From assembly GCA_015493215.1 (NCBI GenBank), contig WGDP01000205.1:1-56400 (forward strand): a stretch of 56,400 nucleotides of DNA. The letters are read 5' to 3'. The notes beneath the pieces are model-generated. The model made no database searches. It saw only the letters and a list, made by a program, of their open reading frames with translations, and was not told where the DNA came from. This DNA is from Bacteroidales bacterium (lineage in GTDB: Bacteria > Bacteroidota > Bacteroidia > Bacteroidales > F082). Positions 45,636 to 54,213 of this stretch are shown here, one piece after another; position 1 is the stretch's first letter, and each line of letters opens with the position of its first letter. The position numbers were made by a program, and so were the translations under genes.

Positions 45636-47297
45636 TTAATGCTTCTTTTTACTGCTTGTAACTCTTAAGAATCCATGAATGCTTACTCCTAATAAAACAA
45701 GAATAAGAAAGATTAAGCCTGCGTTATCGAGCAGTGAACTTTTGTCTCTGCCGGGAAGGTAAAAACCGGTCAGGTTTTTTAACCTGCTGTCGGTGGCGTT
45801 ATGACAGTCGGCACATTCCAAGGCTTTATCTGAAGGCGAAACTTCATGACTCAGAGGCCAGATGGATTCCGTTTTCAGGAAAGAGTATTGTCCGCTAAAA
45901 GGTAAGCCGATATAGTCCATCCCTTTGGTACAGGCAACTTTCCAATTATAATCGGCCCAAAGGGCACCGCTTCCTTTTTCATGGCTGGCGAGCTTAGGTT
46001 GAATCAGGAGCATATTTACCGGGTCATAAGGTTGGGTTCCTCTCATGATTTTCACGGGCCATATTTTAGAGGGATGGTTGGGATCTGCCGGGTTAACATT
46101 ATCCTGATAAGAACCAAACAAAGGATTTAATATCAGCGGGTGAATAGTATCTTTAATTTTATCGTGAAGCAAGTGGTGATCAGCTGTTCCGTTGAACCAC
46201 ACATATTCAGGTTTTACATTTTTTTTAAAAACTGCACCACCATGACGGGAGTCATACTCGATGTCAACATCTTTATAGGTCTTTCCATCGTATGTGTAAG
46301 TGTGTCCGGGTATCTCTTCATCAAATATCGGTTTTCCGTTTTTATCCATTTTGGCAGCCGTGTTCCATGTCCAAATAATTTTGGTATGAAACATTTTCGC
46401 GTAAGTAGGAATATGACACGTTTGGCAAGCGATAGTTTTAAAGTGGTTGTTGAGCAATTCACTTTTATGCGGTTTAGCCGTGTGGCATTCCACACAGGTT
46501 GCTCGGTTGTTCGCGGAAGAAGCAACGGAATAGGCATGTCCCGTGATGTTATGATTTTCTGTTTTGTGACAATCCTGACAACGCATGTTTTTGGCATCTT
46601 TTCCTTTGGAAGCCATGTGGACATCAACATCGCGGGTGCAATTCAACAAGCCCATTTCCAAATCACCGTGTTTTACATTATTACCACCGCCACCAACAAA
46701 ATGGCAACCGCCACAATTATTTTTACGCGGTTGACCCACATGTTGGGCAATATTGTTTAAATCGGTACCCACGGCAGGCAAACCGGCTTTGGGATTGTTG
46801 GAACTTGTACATGGATTTGATTTGTGATAAGTTCCGGTATTATCGTGACAAACCACACAATCGATGTTGTTCTGGTTATGGAAATCAAAATTCTTATCAC
46901 CGTATCCATAGCCCGCGTGACACATGGAGCAGAGATTTTCATTCGAGTTGACTCCAATACAAAAATCATTCAGTAAATTCTTTTTTCCCAGGTTAAACAC
47001 GCCTCTTCCCGGAATAGTATCGCTTTGTTCCCATTTCCAGTGGGGTGTTTTCATAAACTCTTTTCCGCGGCCGTTGTGGCAACTCAGGCATGCTTTGGTC
47101 ATATCCTGAGGTGTTTCAAATTTTTGTTGTAAAACGGCAAATTTAGAGTGATCCACCGGAATGGAATCGTGTTTTAAGCTAATTTCCTTTGACGGGAAAT
47201 AATCCCTGTCCTTATCACCATTGTAGTTAAATACAATCCAAAGAATAATAATCCAGGGAATGATGATGATAAAAATAATTTCAAGTATCTTTTTCAT
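45636..47297 (-). CDS. Octaheme c-type cytochrome (tetrathionate-reductase Otr / multiheme nitrite-hydroxylamine reductase superfamily) with N- and C-terminal TM segments
   Basis: Eight CXXCH motifs (CLSCH, CSMCH, CVVCH, CGGCH, CQDCH, CVECH, CQTCH, CADCH). Seven lie in the first ~300 aa and the eighth lies ~190 aa further on. There are hydrophobic helices at both termini. Confidence 0.8.
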   Translation of the reverse strand: MKKILEIIFIIIIPWIIILWIVFNYNGDKDRDYFPSKEISLKHDSIPVDHSKFAVLQQKFETPQDMTKACLSCHNGRGKEFMKTPHWKWEQSDTIPGRGVFNLGKKNLLNDFCIGVNSNENLCSMCHAGYGYGDKNFDFHNQNNIDCVVCHDNTGTYHKSNPCTSSNNPKAGLPAVGTDLNNIAQHVGQPRKNNCGGCHFVGGGGNNVKHGDLEMGLLNCTRDVDVHMASKGKDAKNMRCQDCHKTENHNITGHAYSVASSANNRATCVECHTAKPHKSELLNNHFKTIACQTCHIPTYAKMFHTKIIWTWNTAAKMDKNGKPIFDEEIPGHTYTYDGKTYKDVDIEYDSRHGGAVFKKNVKPEYVWFNGTADHHLLHDKIKDTIHPLILNPLFGSYQDNVNPADPNHPSKIWPVKIMRGTQPYDPVNMLLIQPKLASHEKGSGALWADYNWKVACTKGMDYIGLPFSGQYSFLKTESIWPLSHEVSPSDKALECADCHNATDSRLKNLTGFYLPGRDKSSLLDNAGLIFLILVLLGVSIHGFLRVTSSKKKH

Positions 47298-47323
47298 AGG
47301 ATTTTAATATTTCGTTGAGGGTA

Positions 47324-47331
47324 CAAAATTA
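47324..47331 (-). promoter_or_regulatory. Candidate -7 promoter box (TAATTTTG on minus strand) for the octaheme/cyt b unit
   Basis: The plus strand reads CAAAATTA, 27 nt upstream of the ATG at 47297. Confidence 0.35.
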
Positions 47332-47499
47332 TACTTGATAAGGTATAAACCCTAATCTTCCAGTTATTTAGATTCCATTTAAATATATTAGATATTTGCA
47401 GATAGTATGCATGCACAATATATTACAGGTGTGCTTATTACACTGTTATTTAAATTGGTTATGAAATAAAAAAATCAAAAAAGTAATTTAGAAATCGCT

Positions 47500-48213
47500 C
47501 TAAATATGCTTGTCAAGATAGTATTTAAACTCAGGAAGCCTGTTTTCATCGCAATGTTTTGAATAAACTGCGATAAAGTTCATCATCTCATCGCGGCGCG
47601 CCAACATGGCATAGGCAGCATTAAACATATTAAACCCGCAATTGTTTTTAATTTGTTCAATAACACTTTCAAATTCGTCAAATTCGAGGTTTACGGGCAA
47701 TTTAATAAAATGACGATTTTTGTCGTTTACATCGGCATAAACTCCTTCCGAAATTAAAGTCATTTCAGCATGTTTTTTAAAATGCACAATGCTATTATAG
47801 GGCTGAATATGTTTTGTGTGTTTAACAAATTCAACATCCAATTGTTTTAAATCATCTAAAAACGGCTTAATGCTGCTTACTTCCTGGGTTCTTATGCGTA
47901 TGCAATTATGCTGTTTATTTAGAAAGCTCAACTGTCCGGGCGAAATATGAAGGTTAATATTTAATTTATTCCGCACCTTAAACGAATGTTGGATAACCCA
48001 ATCCTGAAAACAAGTAATGGGATGTTTTGTAATAATGTAGAGGTGATGGTCGCTGGCGTGTTCAAGGTTTTCGGGAAACCCGTTTTTTGAAAAGTAGCCG
48101 GGTTCGGGATCGGATTCAATAATTAAAACTTCATTTTTTGTTGAAAAAGGAGACAGTGCCAAGTCCAACCGCTCGGCAAAACATACATACCCTTCTATAT
48201 TATTGTTTTTCAT
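47500..48213 (-). CDS. Hypothetical protein (no recognisable motif)
   Basis: 237-aa ORF with no competing frame and no signal peptide. I could not match it to any family by eye. Confidence 0.45.
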   Translation of the reverse strand: MKNNNIEGYVCFAERLDLALSPFSTKNEVLIIESDPEPGYFSKNGFPENLEHASDHHLYIITKHPITCFQDWVIQHSFKVRNKLNINLHISPGQLSFLNKQHNCIRIRTQEVSSIKPFLDDLKQLDVEFVKHTKHIQPYNSIVHFKKHAEMTLISEGVYADVNDKNRHFIKLPVNLEFDEFESVIEQIKNNCGFNMFNAAYAMLARRDEMMNFIAVYSKHCDENRLPEFKYYLDKHI

Positions 48214-48406
48214 GGCTATAACTTTTAAAGTTGCTTAACACATACAAAAGTACTCTATATTTAACTCAAAACGAATATAAATTAGGAAAGGAAGCTTTTT
48301 TAGAAACTGTTTGCTTTACAACATTAATATTTTGGAGATTGTTGTTTGTGTTGTGAAATTTAACTTTTGTAAAAAATTATAAACCAGACATAAAAGCTAT
48401 TGTAAG

Positions 48407-49168
48407 TTATTTCTTTAATGAAACAACGGTTCCACTTGTTGTAATTTTTAATTTTTTATCGGGATAGAACAGGGTTATTCCGGCATTGTTTAAAGCAACG
48501 GCTTTTGTGCTGTTAAATAGGAGCAATGACTTGGCCTTTAAACCAACAAATACAACGCCTTGTTTTTCAGCGGTATTTTGGATAAACGATTTATTGTTGT
48601 TTAGCAGAGAGAGTTTATCCGGCATCAGGTTTTTATGCAGCTGAAGTGCCGGTTTTATTTTTTTGTTTTGGAAATAATATTTTCCAATCAAAGCAGAACT
48701 TTGGCCAATACCCGATATTAAAGCACCCTTTTTAGCTGCTTGCTGTAAGGCTTTTTTTAAAACCTCATTTGTTACAAAGAGAGGAAAAGAGGATTTTTTC
48801 ATGTCGGGTAAAACAATAATTTCAGCATTTTCGATGGTAAGCACATCTGTATTTTTCAGTATTTGGTTATTCTTAAAATTAAGAATATGCACCGCCATTA
48901 TTTCGTGTTTGTAAAACCGCTTTTTAATATTGGTTTCCTGTTTGGCGGCAGCAGGCACACCCAATATCACCACATATCCTTCAAGGCGGATGTTGGAATT
49001 GTTTATGGAAGCAGTAACTATTTCATCCAAAGGGTTTTTTGCTCCCGATACAAGAAACAAACCATTGCCGTTGTTGCTTAACAGCGGTTTGTGATTGTTT
49101 GATGTACACGATAACAACAGTAAAGTGAAAACTATTCCGAGCAAAAAGGTAGTCTTTTTTAAGGTCAT
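48407..49168 (-). CDS. Lipoprotein, possibly cyanophycinase/peptidase S51-like (class I glutamine amidotransferase fold)
   Basis: Lipobox LLLSC. The pattern VVILGVP ... AEIIVLPD ... GALISGIGQSSALIG loosely resembles the S51 layout, but the catalytic Ser context is degenerate. Confidence 0.35.
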   Translation of the reverse strand: MTLKKTTFLLGIVFTLLLLSCTSNNHKPLLSNNGNGLFLVSGAKNPLDEIVTASINNSNIRLEGYVVILGVPAAAKQETNIKKRFYKHEIMAVHILNFKNNQILKNTDVLTIENAEIIVLPDMKKSSFPLFVTNEVLKKALQQAAKKGALISGIGQSSALIGKYYFQNKKIKPALQLHKNLMPDKLSLLNNNKSFIQNTAEKQGVVFVGLKAKSLLLFNSTKAVALNNAGITLFYPDKKLKITTSGTVVSLKK

Positions 49169-49172
49169 GGTG

Positions 49173-50078
49173 TTATTTATTTAAAATTACATTTATTATT
49201 TCTTTTGCCTCTTTGTAATTTCCACGGGCCAATCTGCCCGCCCATTTTTTAATTAAAAAAAAGTAAGCCGCCGGCAGATACCTTTTATAATGCAGCTTGT
49301 AAAATTTTAACAAGTTCTTGTAAAAGTATCGTTTATTCTTCAAAGCCTTCTCATCTTCAATATATTTTACGCCGGTGCTCGTTCCCTGTTTGTGGTAAAC
49401 AACTGCCGAAGTACAAACTTTATTTACAAATCCTGCCCGTTGGGCTTTAACGCACCAGTCGGTATCCTCAAAGTAGAGAAAATAGTCCTCAGGCATTAAA
49501 CCGACTGATTTGAGTAATGAGCGGTGAAAAAACATGGAAGAACCTTGAATATGGTCAACTCTTATATCAACATCATCGTATTGGCCGGTATCTTTTTCGC
49601 CACTGCCCACCCAATCGGGGAATTTTGTCCACTTATTAAACATGCCTCCAACAGTTTGTATCATATCCCGTTGTTGATAGTCCAATGTTTTAGAGCCGAT
49701 AAATCCGATTTTTTCTTTTTTTGATGCTGTATTATAAAAACCTACCTGATTGGTGATGCTTTTTTTGTCGATAACGGTGTCATTGTTCAATATCCAAATA
49801 AAATCTGACTCTTTTTGATTAAGCACATATTTTATGCCGAGGTTGTTGGCATACGAAAAGCCTTTGTTTTCCCATGCTTCTATAAGATGAAACTTTGAAC
49901 TGTCTTGATTGGAAATCCATTGCCGGATTATGGCAACCGAGTTTTTTTTGTTTAGCACATCCACTATAACCACCTGAAAATTTGGATATTCATTTTCAAC
50001 AATGGATTGAAGACACTCAATCGTATCGTCCGGCGTACCAAAATTGATAATAATAATATGAACCTTTGGCGTATTCAT
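49173..50078 (-). CDS. Family 2 glycosyltransferase
   Basis: N-terminal IIIINFGTPDDTIECLQSI ... VVIVDV, an FSYANNLG segment and a YFEDTDWC (ED) motif typical of GT2/rhamnosyltransferase-like enzymes. Confidence 0.8.
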   Translation of the reverse strand: MNTPKVHIIIINFGTPDDTIECLQSIVENEYPNFQVVIVDVLNKKNSVAIIRQWISNQDSSKFHLIEAWENKGFSYANNLGIKYVLNQKESDFIWILNNDTVIDKKSITNQVGFYNTASKKEKIGFIGSKTLDYQQRDMIQTVGGMFNKWTKFPDWVGSGEKDTGQYDDVDIRVDHIQGSSMFFHRSLLKSVGLMPEDYFLYFEDTDWCVKAQRAGFVNKVCTSAVVYHKQGTSTGVKYIEDEKALKNKRYFYKNLLKFYKLHYKRYLPAAYFFLIKKWAGRLARGNYKEAKEIINVILNK

Positions 50079-51458
50079 TTAATAAGCTGCCTTATCTCCT
50101 TTTAAAATATTGCGGATGGTGATGTAAATAATTTTTAAATCAAGGCTAAATGACCAGTTTTCGATATAAAACAAATCGTCTTTAATACGGTTTTTTATGT
50201 CACTTGTACGTTTTATTTCCCCTCTTCGTCCCCGCACCTGGGCATATCCGGTGATGCCGGGTTTAATGGCGTGTCTTATCATAAACATTTTTACCATCTC
50301 TTTGTACTCTTTGGTGTGGTTGAGCATGTGTGGGCGGGGGCCAACTATGGACATTTTCCCCATCAAAACGTTAATAAATTGGGGCAGCTCGTCAAGACTT
50401 GTTTTTCGAAGCAATTTCCCGAAACCGGTAATCCGGTTGTCATCTTTGGATGCCTGTTTGGTGTTGGCTTCATCGTTTTTTTTCATGGTTCTGAACTTAA
50501 CCATTTTAAAAGGCCTGTTGTCCAAACCGGTTCTGTATTGAAGAAAAAATATTGGCCCCCTGTTACCTGAAAATAAATTTATTAAACCAACCAGCGGAAC
50601 AAACCACGAGAGTACGCCAATAACAATAACCAACGAAAAAATTGTATCGAAAAATCTTTTTAAAAATCTGTTATACCAGTAGCTGAGAGGGCCGCGCTGA
50701 ACACGTAAAACCGGAATGGAATCGTAATTCACAAGCTTTACATTCATAAAGGTGAAGTTGGAAATGGCCGGTACCACTCGTATTTTTACAGCATGTTTAC
50801 TTACAATGGAATTGATGACTTTGTAAATGCTTTCGTGAATGTTGTCGGAAATAAGATAGAGTTCATCAATACTGTTTTCCACAACAAATTGCTCCAAATC
50901 GCTGTAAGTACCCACCACCTCTTTTTTGTTCGACTTTTCGTAAGTAATAAACCCTTTAAATTTATATCCCGATATTGGTGATTGTAAAAAGTAATCCCGT
51001 AAATCGTTGGCGGTTTCGTTGTTGCCTATAATGACCACATTCCGGTAGTTATAACCTGCTTTACGATAAATTGCCAACACAAAATAAAGAGAGAATCGCC
51101 ACAACAATAAAACAGCAAGAAAAACCGGGAAAAGATATTTTATTTGTTCACGGGAATAATAGTTAAACGGAAAAACCTGAAAAAAGAGTAAAAAGAGCGG
51201 CAATAAAAAAATAACGCTCTTCAGGTAGGTAAACAAAATATATTTTTTTCCGAGTACCCTGTCGAGTTTGTAGGGTTGGAAAACAGACACCGTAATAATC
51301 CATGCAAAATTGATGTAGATATAAAAAATGATGGCATTGGTTTGTTGGCAGGCAGGCCCAAACTTGTTTAAATAGCAGTAGGCAAAATTAAACAACAGGT
51401 TCAGAATTAAAAAATCGCCTATGGCTGCAATAACAGATATGTATTTTGAGTATCTCAC
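50079..51458 (-). CDS. Undecaprenyl-phosphate sugar phosphotransferase (WcaJ/WbaP-type initiating transferase)
   Basis: Four N-terminal TM helices, a central Rossmann-like region and a C-terminal bacterial sugar transferase domain (KRFFDTIFSLVI ... FKMVKFRTM ... DELPQFINVLMGKMSIVGPRP). Confidence 0.85.
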   Translation of the reverse strand: MRYSKYISVIAAIGDFLILNLLFNFAYCYLNKFGPACQQTNAIIFYIYINFAWIITVSVFQPYKLDRVLGKKYILFTYLKSVIFLLPLFLLFFQVFPFNYYSREQIKYLFPVFLAVLLLWRFSLYFVLAIYRKAGYNYRNVVIIGNNETANDLRDYFLQSPISGYKFKGFITYEKSNKKEVVGTYSDLEQFVVENSIDELYLISDNIHESIYKVINSIVSKHAVKIRVVPAISNFTFMNVKLVNYDSIPVLRVQRGPLSYWYNRFLKRFFDTIFSLVIVIGVLSWFVPLVGLINLFSGNRGPIFFLQYRTGLDNRPFKMVKFRTMKKNDEANTKQASKDDNRITGFGKLLRKTSLDELPQFINVLMGKMSIVGPRPHMLNHTKEYKEMVKMFMIRHAIKPGITGYAQVRGRRGEIKRTSDIKNRIKDDLFYIENWSFSLDLKIIYITIRNILKGDKAAY

Positions 51459-51460
51459 AA

Positions 51461-52549
51461 TTATTTTGTATGTTCAATTAGGCGAATATAGCTACCAACA
51501 ATTTTATCAAGGGTGTAATTTTCACGCAATTTATTCAAATTATTGGAAATCCATTGTTTATTTAAAAAATTATTTGTTTTGCCGTTTAAAATTTCCGTTA
51601 TATCTTTTTCATTATTAAAGTAATAGGCATCTTCTCCCAAAACCGCATTATTGAATTCATTGTTGTGGGCGCAAATAACAGACGAAGCCGCCATGGCTTC
51701 CAGCAGCGAAGGGTTGGTGCCGCCGGCACTGTGGCCGTGAAAATAGAGGGAGGAAAAATAACGCAGATTATCCAATACCGTTTTATCATAAATTTTTCCG
51801 GCAAAAATAACCTGCTTGTGGTTATATTTTTTTCTTAAAAACCTGCCATACCGGTTGTTGTAGTCACCCACAATAATCAGCGGTTTATCATATTTTGAAT
51901 TTATAACCCCTTTAATGGTAGCTTCGAGGTTGTTGTCGGGTTGAAAACGAGCTATTAACAGATAATATCCATTGGGCTTTATGTTAAACGGTTTTAACAC
52001 AGTTTCATCAGGTTTGTCAAATACATCAGCCGGATAAGGTATATAGGCAGCCTGTTTATTATATTTTTTATCGAGGTAGTTTTTTATTGGAAGCGAGTCG
52101 GCAATTAATTGGTTACTGTGTTTCACCGCCAGTTTTTCGGCATGTTTTAAAAACTTTGACAGCACTCCTTTATATTTTTTCCGTTTCCATTCCATGCCAT
52201 CCATATTGTAGATTATCTGCGAGCTTTTTGGAAGAAATTTTGCCCAAACGGAGCTGGTAGTATAGCCAAGCTGGAAGATGGTGTCGAAATTTTGCTTTCG
52301 GGCATCCGCCACACAAAGCAGGTCGTAAATAAACTGGCTGGCCAGGCCGATGCTTTTGGGATCCCATTTACGGATAATCTTTACCCCCTTGTATTCCGGT
52401 TCTTGATAAGGATGAAAATGAGAGCTGTAAACCGACACATCGTAACCTCTTTCCACCAGCGCCACCGACAGTTGGGTTGCCCACTGCTCAAACCCCCCAT
52501 ATTGGTTGGGGATGCCGCGTGTACCGAGTATGCCGATTTTTTTGGTCAT
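51461..52549 (-). CDS. Family 1 glycosyltransferase with DUF1972-type N-terminal domain
   Basis: KIGILGTRGIPNQYGGFEQ at the N-terminus (DUF1972 signature) and a C-terminal GT1 motif region (HGHSAGGTNPSLLEAMA). Confidence 0.8.
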   Translation of the reverse strand: MTKKIGILGTRGIPNQYGGFEQWATQLSVALVERGYDVSVYSSHFHPYQEPEYKGVKIIRKWDPKSIGLASQFIYDLLCVADARKQNFDTIFQLGYTTSSVWAKFLPKSSQIIYNMDGMEWKRKKYKGVLSKFLKHAEKLAVKHSNQLIADSLPIKNYLDKKYNKQAAYIPYPADVFDKPDETVLKPFNIKPNGYYLLIARFQPDNNLEATIKGVINSKYDKPLIIVGDYNNRYGRFLRKKYNHKQVIFAGKIYDKTVLDNLRYFSSLYFHGHSAGGTNPSLLEAMAASSVICAHNNEFNNAVLGEDAYYFNNEKDITEILNGKTNNFLNKQWISNNLNKLRENYTLDKIVGSYIRLIEHTK

Positions 52550-52720
52550 TTAGTATTGATTACAATATTTACAAGGTGCATCCAAAAGCACACTTATTAA
52601 ATGGTTTAAAATTTAGCTAAAAATAAGTATTTATGGGAAACCAGCATGTTAATACAAAATTAAAAACCAGGTTTACAGTTATTTTTCTATTTTAGCAAAT
52701 GTTATACTCATCGAAATATT

Positions 52721-54211
52721 ATGGACAATTCGCTTAAAGAAATCTTTAACTCAAATCGAAAAAATATTACTTATAAACAGGAAAACTATTTTGAAGTCTG
52801 TGATGCTCATTTTAAAAGGTTTGTGGGTGCCGAATGTGCCGTTTTAGAAATTGGGGTTTCCAAGGGGGGCAGCCTGCAAATGTGGAAAGCTTATTTTGGC
52901 GATAAGGCTAAAATATATGGAATTGATGTCAATCCTAAGTGCAAGCAATTTGAAGCAGAAAATATCAACATATTTATAGGCTCGCAATCCGACAGGAAGT
53001 TTTTACGGCGGATAATTAAAGAGCTTCCTGAAATTGATGTTTTGATTGACGATGGGGGGCATACAATGGAACAGCAGATAATTTCTTTTGAGGAATTGTT
53101 CCCTTATGTTAAAGACAACGGAATTTATTTGTGCGAAAATGTAAATACATCCTATTGGGAAGAATATGGAGGTGGTATTAATAATCCAACTACATTTATT
53201 GAGTTTTCAAAAACTTTGATTGATATACTTAATGCCCGTCATTTCAAAGATGACAAAATAAAAGAGACCCCTTTAACCCGTAATTTACACTCTTTACACT
53301 TTTATGATTCAAGATTGGTTATTGAGAAGAAAAAGAGAAAAAGCCCTTGGGAGGAAAAAGCAGAGGTTGCAGACAATGTAGTTGAAAAGAGGGAGTCGGT
53401 TTTTAAAGAACTATTTTCCTTAAAACTGCAATTGTTAGGTGAAGAGATTGATAAATTACCGGATGTTTCAAATCTTTATAATGATATAAAAAAAATCAAG
53501 CTCCTTTTACAGGAAAGGTATGACGGAAGCAATTGGCCTGATAACGGTGAAACAATGATAGGTTATAAACGGCTTACAAATCTGGAAAGGTGCATGATAG
53601 ATACCATAGAAAATTATATTGAGGGAGACGTTATCGAAACGGGTGTTTGGCGAGGAGGGGCTTGTATATTTATGCGTTCTGTCTTAAAAAAATATGGTAT
53701 AACTGATAAAAAAGTTTGGGTTGCCGATTCTTTTGAGGGATTACCCAAGCCAAACCCTGAGCTTTACCCTCAAGATAAAAACGATAAGCTTTACACGGTT
53801 GATAAATTACGCATTACGTTAGATGATGTTAAAAACAATTTTAAAAAATATGATTTGCTGGATGATAAGGTTGTTTTCCTGAAAGGTTGGTTTAAAGATA
53901 CCATACCAAAAGCACAAATCAATAAATTATCCGTTTTACGGCTGGACGGCGATATGTATGAATCAACCATAGATGTGCTTTTTTATTTATATCCGAAATT
54001 ATCGGTTGGAGGATATTGCATTGTAGATGACTGGGGAGCAGTGCCTGCATGTAAAAAGGCCGTTATGGATTATTTTAATGTTTTTAATATGGATGAAGAG
54101 ATAATTGTGATTGACTGGGCAGGTGTTTACTGGAAAAAGAGCCGGGAGATAGAAACTATTACTCGTTCGCGTTTTAATGAAGCAATCTCTAAACTTTATA
54201 AAAAAAATTAA
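52721..54211 (+). CDS. Two-domain SAM-dependent methyltransferase (CmcI-like N-domain + TylF/macrocin-O-methyltransferase-like C-domain)
   Basis: The N-domain has LEIGVSKGGSLQMW...IYGIDVNP...LIDDGGHTMEQQI. The C-domain has GDVIETGVWRGGACIFM...WVADSFEGLPKP...LRLDGDMYESTIDVL..L..GGYCIVDDW. Confidence 0.75.
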   Translation: MDNSLKEIFNSNRKNITYKQENYFEVCDAHFKRFVGAECAVLEIGVSKGGSLQMWKAYFGDKAKIYGIDVNPKCKQFEAENINIFIGSQSDRKFLRRIIKELPEIDVLIDDGGHTMEQQIISFEELFPYVKDNGIYLCENVNTSYWEEYGGGINNPTTFIEFSKTLIDILNARHFKDDKIKETPLTRNLHSLHFYDSRLVIEKKKRKSPWEEKAEVADNVVEKRESVFKELFSLKLQLLGEEIDKLPDVSNLYNDIKKIKLLLQERYDGSNWPDNGETMIGYKRLTNLERCMIDTIENYIEGDVIETGVWRGGACIFMRSVLKKYGITDKKVWVADSFEGLPKPNPELYPQDKNDKLYTVDKLRITLDDVKNNFKKYDLLDDKVVFLKGWFKDTIPKAQINKLSVLRLDGDMYESTIDVLFYLYPKLSVGGYCIVDDWGAVPACKKAVMDYFNVFNMDEEIIVIDWAGVYWKKSREIETITRSRFNEAISKLYKKN

Positions 54212-54213
54212 CT

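Noticed and set aside
46140-46760. 206-aa plus-strand ORF, and 46214-46630 minus alternative frame, inside the octaheme cytochrome gene
   Set aside because: The minus-strand frame carrying eight CXXCH motifs is clearly the real gene. The others have no motifs.
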